DNA of 64,000 nucleotides from Candidatus Poribacteria bacterium (GTDB lineage: Bacteria > Poribacteria > WGA-4E > GCA-2687025). How positions within the stretch are numbered: the stretch's first letter is position 1; each line of letters opens with the position of its first letter. Location: positions 2,368,001-2,432,000 of the forward strand of contig OY762492.1 of the NCBI GenBank assembly GCA_963665845.2. Reading direction: 5' to 3'. Shown here piece after piece: positions 58,223 through 64,000 of the stretch. Both the position numbers and the translations under genes were made by a program. The notes beneath the pieces are model-generated. The model worked only from the letters and a program-made list of their open reading frames with translations, was not told where the DNA came from and searched no databases.

Positions 58223-58379
58223 AACAAAAGGAAAAAATAAGGAAGCGCCGCCGCTCAAAAAAGTTGAGCTTATCGGCTGCCTTTATGTCCTGGGAAGCGG
58301 CGGAGCCTCGAGTCGCAACCCGTTTTGGCGCCGCGTGCGCTGTTTGCAGGAACGCCGCAGCCGGATATAGGCGGCATTT
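58181..58379 (-). ncRNA. Candidate structured small RNA (unassigned family)
   Basis: Own predicted promoter, nested complementary segments, intrinsic terminator with U-run; only a 35-codon ORF inside. Confidence 0.55.
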
Positions 58380-58385
58380 GATTTA

Positions 58386-58414
58386 ACTATAGCGCCAAAC
58401 GCGGCCGGCGTCTA
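58386..58414 (-). promoter_or_regulatory. Predicted sigma70 promoter of the candidate sRNA
   Basis: TAGACG-17 bp-TATAGT with an A-rich upstream tract. Confidence 0.6.
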
Positions 58415-58425
58415 TCTTTTTATTT

Positions 58426-58594
58426 CTGACCTTACGTCTTTAGTTGGGACATGCCGGCCGGAGGGACGCGGACGGTTTCGGCGGCGCCTCTAGATTCCCG
58501 CTTGCACGGGAATGACGGCCTGATTGGCGGCGCCTTTTTCCCATGAATAGAGCAATCATGCGTTCAAATGCCCCAACTTTATGCATGAGGTCAG
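58426..58594. mobile_element. MITE family A, copy 3
   Basis: Ends CTGACCTTACGTCTTTAGTTGGGACAT ... ATGCCCCAACTTTATGCATGAGGTCAG. Confidence 0.85.
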
Positions 58595-58708
58595 TTCCCA
58601 AGGCGCGCTGACCGTATAGACCGCCAACAGCCGATACGGCCCAGGCTCCCCGATGACTCGTTTCTTTTCAAGATTCTCAACCGCTAACGCCTTTCCGCCT
58701 TTGCGTTT

Positions 58709-59482
58709 CTATATTGAGTACATCATACGCATCGCTTCGAGAATGTCGAGCGCGTCCACAAGATAGCGTTTCGCTTCCTCCTCAATCTCGCGCGGTATTC
58801 CATGCAGCGCTTCGGCGATCGGTCCAGCGATGGCGGCGAGCGTGTCGGAATCGCCGCCGAGCGAAACGGCGTTGCGAACGGCGTCCTCAAAGCTGATCGA
58901 TTCCAAAGCGCATGCGATCGCTTCAGGGACGGTTTCTTGACAGCTCTCATTGAAGACATAGTTAGGGCGTATTTCGTCCACCGATCTGCTCAGGTCGTAT
59001 CCGTATGTGGAGACAATCTCGCTGCGAATCTCTTGCGGATCCGTGTCATTGAAGGCAAGCCAAATCGCATGCGTTGTCGCGCGGGCGCCTTTCATCCCTT
59101 CAGGGTGGTTATGAGTGACGGCCGTTACCTTGTCGGACGCCTCTAGCGCGTTCGACAGGCTGTCCTTGTTCAAAAACGCCGCCGGAGAGACGCGCATCCC
59201 TGCGCCGTTGCCCCAGCTGTTGTACGGCGCCGGATCGGACGAATAGATCCATCGGACGAAGTTGCCGCCGTAACTGTGGTTGGGATGCTGCCGGCACCAT
59301 CGCTGCATCGTCTGCGCGGGCGGCTTGTCATGCATTAGAATATCCGCGACTGCAGCCGTGCAGACCGTATCGTCCGTGAATTTGCTGCGCGGTCCGAAAA
59401 GCGGAAAATCCTTCGTCTTAATTTGATGCGGGCTGAATTCGTAGGGAGCGCCGACAATGTCCCCAATCACGGCTCCAAGCAT
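58709..59482 (-). CDS. ADP-ribosylglycohydrolase (DraG/ARH) family protein, copy 2
   Basis: GAVIGDIVGAPYE, FTDDT, GNGAGMRVSP, THNHPE, GGDSDT. Confidence 0.93.
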   Translation of the reverse strand: MLGAVIGDIVGAPYEFSPHQIKTKDFPLFGPRSKFTDDTVCTAAVADILMHDKPPAQTMQRWCRQHPNHSYGGNFVRWIYSSDPAPYNSWGNGAGMRVSPAAFLNKDSLSNALEASDKVTAVTHNHPEGMKGARATTHAIWLAFNDTDPQEIRSEIVSTYGYDLSRSVDEIRPNYVFNESCQETVPEAIACALESISFEDAVRNAVSLGGDSDTLAAIAGPIAEALHGIPREIEEEAKRYLVDALDILEAMRMMYSI

Positions 59483-59528
59483 ATGGTTCCTTTCTATGGA
59501 CTTTCAAGCTGCTTCCGCCTTTGCGTTT

Positions 59529-60320
59529 CTATATTGAGTACATCATACGCACCGTTTCAAGAATGTCTAGCGGACGGTCAAGCGCGTCAAGAAGCCGGCA
59601 TTCCGCTTCCTCCTCAATCTCGCGCGGTATTCCATGCAGCGCTTCGGCGATCGGTCCCGCGATGGCGGCGAGCGTGTCAGAATCGCCGCCGAGCGAAACG
59701 GCGTTGCGGACAGCATCCTCAAAGCTGGTTGCTTCCAGGGCGCATGTGATCGCTTCTGGAACGGTTCCTTGACACGACACATCGAAGGAGTAGTCAGGGC
59801 GAATCTCATCCACCGACCTGCTCAGATCGTATCCGTATGTCGAGACGATCTCGCTGCGAATCTCTTGAGGATCCGCACCGTTGAAGGCAAGCCAGATCGC
59901 ATGCGTTATCGCGCGGGCGCCTTTCATTCCTTCAGGGTGGTTATGAGTGACGGCCGTTACCTTGTCGGACGCCTCTAGCGCGTTCGACAGGCTGTCCTTG
60001 TTCAAATACGCCGCCGGCGAGACGCGCATCCCGGCGCCGTTGCCCCAGCTTTTGTACGGCGCCGGATCGGGCGAATAGATCCATCTGCCGAAGTTGCCGC
60101 CGTATCCTTTTCTGGGATGACGCCGGCACCATTGCTGCATCGTCTCCGCAGGCGGCTTGTCATGCATCAGAATGTCCGCGACTGCAGCCGTGCAGACCGT
60201 ATCGTCCGTGAATCTGCTGTAAGGTCCGAAAAGCGGAAAATCTTTCGTCTTTATTTGGCGCCCTCTGCCTTCATACGGAGCGCCGACAATGTCCCCGATC
60301 ACGGCTCCAAGCATACGCAT
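59529..60320 (-). CDS. ADP-ribosylglycohydrolase family protein, copy 1
   Basis: Same motifs; close tandem paralogue of 58709-59482. Confidence 0.93.
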   Translation of the reverse strand: MRMLGAVIGDIVGAPYEGRGRQIKTKDFPLFGPYSRFTDDTVCTAAVADILMHDKPPAETMQQWCRRHPRKGYGGNFGRWIYSPDPAPYKSWGNGAGMRVSPAAYLNKDSLSNALEASDKVTAVTHNHPEGMKGARAITHAIWLAFNGADPQEIRSEIVSTYGYDLSRSVDEIRPDYSFDVSCQGTVPEAITCALEATSFEDAVRNAVSLGGDSDTLAAIAGPIAEALHGIPREIEEEAECRLLDALDRPLDILETVRMMYSI

Positions 60321-60471
60321 CCTTTCTATGGACGGTCAAACTGCGGTATCTGGGCTTATGATACCATGCCTGCGGCGCTTTAAGATTCCCGCTTGCGCGA
60401 GAGGAGAGGGGCGCCGACTAGACTCCCCTCTTGAAAAGGGGGCTGGGGGTTTGAGCGCGCGGGTTGAAGTC

Positions 60472-60570
60472 GGTTTTGAACTAGGATTAAAGGATTAGTA
60501 AGATTGCCAAGATAGGGGCTTACAGAAATTTCTTGGCAATCTTTTCAATCTTGGCAATCCTAGTTCAGAC
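60472..60570. repeat. Repeat family B, copy 2 (inverted)
   Basis: TGAACTAGGATT ... AATCCTAGTTCA ends; reverse complement of 39279-39377. Confidence 0.85.
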
Positions 60571-60577
60571 AACGGCT

Positions 60578-60700
60578 AAGATTCCCGCTTGCGCGGGAAT
60601 GACCCCCGTTTTCACGGGGGCAGGCTATGAGGGCGCGGGAATGCATGTCCTCGCGGAAGCGGGGAACGACCTGGTTGGCGGCGCCTTTTTCCCATGAGTA
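60578..60700. repeat. Palindromic repeat plus internal fragment of MITE family A
   Basis: GATTCCCGCTTGCGCGGGAATGAC, then GGGAATGCATG...CCTGGTTGGCGGCGCCTTTTTCCCATGA matching the interior of MITE copy 2. Confidence 0.7.
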
Positions 60701-60704
60701 ATCG

Positions 60705-61937
60705 TCATCGGAGATGCTTGTCGGCAAAATCAAGGAAACGCGCCCAGTCGTACGCCTTGACATCATGTCCGCCGCGGCGGATATGACAGCCGATTCGGCT
60801 CGTCACAGGAGATTCAAGAGGCGGCATTTCCTCCGCCGACATGCCGTCCGTTCCGAGCAATCGGTACACGTTGTCCGCATGTTTCGCGCTTAAAAATTCG
60901 CCGCGCGGGTCTGCCCATCGATCCTCCTCCGCGCTGGCGACATACACAGGGCGCGGCGCCGTCAGCGCGACCAACTGGTGCTGGTCAAACGGAAGCGCGT
61001 TTTCATTTTCGTTGTAACGCTTGAAGTTGCCGCAGAACCAGTGCGGGAACGCCGTATTGATGCGCGCGACCGTTTCGCCGAACCGCCGCCGCGACAGCGC
61101 CGCCCCGCCGCAGCCCGAATTGTTGGAGACGACCAGCGCAAAACGCTCATCCTGCGCCCCCGCCCAGAGAGCCGTCTTGCCCAAACGCGAATGCCCCAGA
61201 ACCGCGGCGCGCGACCCGTCAACCCGCGCCGCAACGGAATTTTCCGACAGCAGCATGTCCAGCGCGCGGCTCAACCCCCATGCCCACGCGCCGATGGAAC
61301 CCCATTCGTCCGCCGCCGGAACGCCCTCGCCGTGAAAAAGCGGATGAACGCCGTTGCGGAACCCGTCGTCCATATCCGGATCAATGTCGCCGTAGTAGGC
61401 GGTCGCCAGCGCGTATCCGCGGGATACGACCATTTCCGCCTGCCATCTGCCCGCCGATGCGCCGCGCTCCTCTTCTGAAGCCGGCTCTCCCGTCCGCATT
61501 GGCGATTCAGGCAAACGTATGCCGGGGTCGGAATGAACCGTATGGTTTCCGCCAAAATTCAATCCGACAAACGCAGGCGCGGGAGAAGACGCGCCGTTCG
61601 GCAGAAAAAGCAGGACATCCATATGCAGCGCGCCGCCGCTGAAATGGATGCGAACCTGCTTGCGCGTCGCGGCTCCGTCCAGCGCGTTTTCGTCTGTCGA
61701 AAACGTTTCATACTCAACCGGCAAAGAGGCGGTCGGCGTCTTGCCGTACATCTGCTCGGCGAAGAGGCGCAGCAGCTCTGGACGCCGCTTCATTCGCCAT
61801 GCTTCCTCCGTCTCAACGCGGGAGCCGTCCAGCATTAAAAGCGCGTCCGGCAAGGCGTATTCGGGAACCTTGCTCTCATCGTAATTCGTTTCCGACATGG
61901 CGGACGCCGCCAGCGCCGCGATCCATAAAACGCTCAT
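60705..61937 (-). CDS. CE15 glucuronoyl esterase-like / acetylxylan esterase alpha/beta hydrolase
   Basis: [30 protein letters not shown] nucleophile motif, [12 protein letters not shown]. Confidence 0.88.
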   Translation of the reverse strand: MSVLWIAALAASAMSETNYDESKVPEYALPDALLMLDGSRVETEEAWRMKRRPELLRLFAEQMYGKTPTASLPVEYETFSTDENALDGAATRKQVRIHFSGGALHMDVLLFLPNGASSPAPAFVGLNFGGNHTVHSDPGIRLPESPMRTGEPASEEERGASAGRWQAEMVVSRGYALATAYYGDIDPDMDDGFRNGVHPLFHGEGVPAADEWGSIGAWAWGLSRALDMLLSENSVAARVDGSRAAVLGHSRLGKTALWAGAQDERFALVVSNNSGCGGAALSRRRFGETVARINTAFPHWFCGNFKRYNENENALPFDQHQLVALTAPRPVYVASAEEDRWADPRGEFLSAKHADNVYRLLGTDGMSAEEMPPLESPVTSRIGCHIRRGGHDVKAYDWARFLDFADKHLR

Positions 61938-62905
61938 ACGGTCCGCCTTTCCTTCTTCGGCTCAATCAACGCCGGCGAATGCCGCCGCGCAAACCGCTCC
62001 GCCAGCGGACCCGCATACGGCGCGCCCATCTGCTTCTCCGCCCAGGTCTGCCGTTTTCGCCGATGCAGCTTCACGCCCGAATCGCTTTCAGGGTCGCAAT
62101 CCTTTCCGGCGCTGCGGTCTAAAAACAGCGGCGAATCGGACTCCGGCGGCTTTGTCCGCGCGTAAGGCGAGGAGTAGCTGCGCATGATGATCCGCTGTTC
62201 CCGGTTGAGCGTTTTGAGCCATGCGTCGTTGGAACGATGCCGATCCGCTTCGCAGACCCAGGAGGGGCAGTAGGCAAAGAAGATGTTTTTGCGGACCACG
62301 TCGCTCAAGTTCGGCTCAACGCGGTGCCACAGGCTGGCATGCATGAGCGTCATCGTTCCCGCCTTGAGCGTCAGGATGCGCTCGCCGGGCAGCGATTCAT
62401 GCGTGTCGTATCCGCGCAGATAGTGCGTTCGGTGGCTGCCGGGCATATAGACAAAGTTGCCCATTTTCGGCGCCGGCAGATCGGTGAGCCAATATCCGAC
62501 CTTCAACTGCATCGGCAACTCTGGCGAGAAGACGCCGTACGGAACGCCCCGCGCGCCGTCCGGATGCCAGATGTTGTGGCTCCCTCCCTTCGGACGCATG
62601 AAAACCTGCGAGATATGCAGTTTCAGCAGCTCGCCGTAGATGTCGTATGCGTATCCAACATGGCGCGGATGGTCAATCATTTCGGCGAAGGCGCGATGGC
62701 GTTCCACCGCGTTCGAGAACGAATAGGTTTTGGTTGGGTTGAATTTAGAGTCGGCGGACGCAACCTGTTCAATGGCGTTCAGATAATAGGCAACCTCATC
62801 GGCGTCAAGGGCGTTTTCGATGACGAGAAAACCCTCTTCCATAAAGTCGCCCCATTGCGCCTCTGTGAAACCGGGCGGCGCCAACCGGTATGCTTTCTCT
62901 GCCAT
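61934..62905 (-). CDS. PhyH family dioxygenase
   Basis: [29 protein letters not shown]. Confidence 0.88.
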   Translation of the reverse strand: MAEKAYRLAPPGFTEAQWGDFMEEGFLVIENALDADEVAYYLNAIEQVASADSKFNPTKTYSFSNAVERHRAFAEMIDHPRHVGYAYDIYGELLKLHISQVFMRPKGGSHNIWHPDGARGVPYGVFSPELPMQLKVGYWLTDLPAPKMGNFVYMPGSHRTHYLRGYDTHESLPGERILTLKAGTMTLMHASLWHRVEPNLSDVVRKNIFFAYCPSWVCEADRHRSNDAWLKTLNREQRIIMRSYSSPYARTKPPESDSPLFLDRSAGKDCDPESDSGVKLHRRKRQTWAEKQMGAPYAGPLAERFARRHSPALIEPKKERRTV

Positions 62906-63008
62906 GCCGTTCTCCTACGGTTCTATGGAGATACGGGCATGGTAGCGGAAGGAGGGCGGCGGCGCAAGCGGCTCTCTATAAGGATAGTACGCTCATACGG
63001 GGATATTC

Positions 63009-63110
63009 GCGCCGCGTTCGATTGCCCCTTGAAAAGGGGGGACCAGGGGGGTTTAAAGGACGGGCGCGACGGCTGCGATGCCTTAAGATTCCCGCTTACG
63101 CGAGAATGAC
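63009..63110. repeat. Composite hairpin plus palindrome repeat, second copy
   Basis: Matches 55695-55792. Confidence 0.8.
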
Positions 63111-63198
63111 GACGTCCGTGCGCTGTCCTTGCCGCTGAACCTCATCACAAAATAGGCGCCTCCAAGCATGAGCAGAACGAGAAGCGCCGACCTTCTAG

Positions 63199-64000
63199 TT
63201 ATCCGCCCTCCGCGTTTTCGTTTTCCTCTTCGGAGGAGCTGAATTTCATGGCGAGATAAATCCCTCCGAAAAGCAGAAGCAGGACGGCTCCCGCCCCAAT
63301 CATAAAGCGGCGCATCCGCGGGTTCATCCCGTTGTTGGCAGTATGCATATTCAGCGCCGAGATCAAAACGAACGGAATTTTATAGGTTAAAGGGGAGCCG
63401 AAGGAGTTCATCTGCCGACTGCCGGAGCTGTCAAAAAACAAAAGCTCCCCCGCCTCTTTATCGAATTGAACGGTCGGCGTCAGTTTGTCAAACTCTTTGA
63501 CGATCTCGATCAACTTGCCGCGCAGTTCCTCGGCGCGCTCCTCGTCCGACTTTCCCTTTAAAGACAGCTCCACATCCAACTTTGAAAGCTCATAGCCGAT
63601 ATCCTCAACCATGGAGGCGACCCCTCTCGGATACTTCAGCGGCGAGATCGAAGCGGAGGTTGACGTCAATCCCGACAAAAAGGGCGGGATCATTGATGTA
63701 CCTGACGAAGGCCCCCCATGAAAATGCCCGTGAATATGGCCGCTGAGAATCCGGAAATGCGTGTGTTGAAAGCTGCGCCAGTTGTTTTCAAGATGCGACA
63801 ATGCGGCGTTCAGATTGAGCGCAAACGGGTCGTCCTCAACCATATTGAATGCAAGCAGACTATTCAGCCGGTGAGCGAATGTGCCGCCCCCGCCGCTGCC
63901 GCTGCTTCCCGACGGCGTGATATGGTAATGGTAACACATCAGCGTTTGAGTTCGCTCGTTGTACTTGACGGAGGAGGCGCCGTCCGGCGTCAGATCATGG
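63199..64000 (-). CDS. Hypothetical membrane-anchored protein with His-rich motifs (5' end outside the window)
   Basis: Frame stays open upstream of ATG 63939 to the window edge (HDLTPDGASSVKYNERTQTL); HYH, HTH, HIHGHFHG; C-terminal TM helix and acidic tail. Confidence 0.75.
   Translation of the reverse strand, partial: HDLTPDGASSVKYNERTQTLMCYHYHITPSGSSGSGGGGTFAHRLNSLLAFNMVEDDPFALNLNAALSHLENNWRSFQHTHFRILSGHIHGHFHGGPSSGTSMIPPFLSGLTSTSASISPLKYPRGVASMVEDIGYELSKLDVELSLKGKSDEERAEELRGKLIEIVKEFDKLTPTVQFDKEAGELLFFDSSGSRQMNSFGSPLTYKIPFVLISALNMHTANNGMNPRMRRFMIGAGAVLLLLFGGIYLAMKFSSSEEENENAEGG

Noticed and set aside
58181-58379. Assignment of the candidate RNA as SRP RNA, tRNA, tmRNA or a riboswitch
   Set aside because: No SRP domain IV motif, no cloverleaf or tRNA-like ends, and no downstream gene on the same strand. 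6S is not excluded, but the closing stem looks too short.
58709-60320. Template/variable repeat pair of a diversity-generating retroelement
   Set aside because: Both copies are full genes, the mismatches are not adenine-specific, and no reverse transcriptase is in the window.

Overview
This is a high-GC bacterial chromosomal window of about 50 CDS. I saw no rRNA, tRNA or CRISPR array. The gene style suggests Candidatus Poribacteria or a relative (inference from recalled family traits, not a database result): tandem WD40 proteins with an N-terminal QWNLPEGAxARLGKG leader, PD40/TolB-like proteins with a C-terminal SVDxxGKxxxxWGxxK tail, and several PhyH dioxygenases and Gfo/Idh/MocA enzymes. 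Housekeeping genes include lysS, lolC/E, lolD, ilvE, a ClpC-like ATPase, panC, an EF-G paralogue and a split pyruvate:ferredoxin oxidoreductase. Accessory content includes a two-gene restriction-modification locus (fused nuclease-MTase plus specificity subunit), an orphan MT-A70 methyltransferase, a frameshifted IS1595-family element, tandem ADP-ribosylglycohydrolases and at least four families of short dispersed repeats or MITEs. The three leading observations are: (1) an operon pairing a ~1150-aa lipidated, Asp-rich, probable outer-membrane beta-barrel with an Ig-like-domain-fused ExbB/TolQ, a truncated duplicate of it and two ExbD proteins but no TonB, a candidate undescribed PMF-driven envelope machine; (2) an unannotated ~200-nt minus-strand transcription unit (promoter, structured RNA, terminator) at about 58181-58379; (3) a MITE family whose three full copies all sit 9-11 bp upstream of a predicted -35 box. 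All functional calls come from motif recognition by eye.
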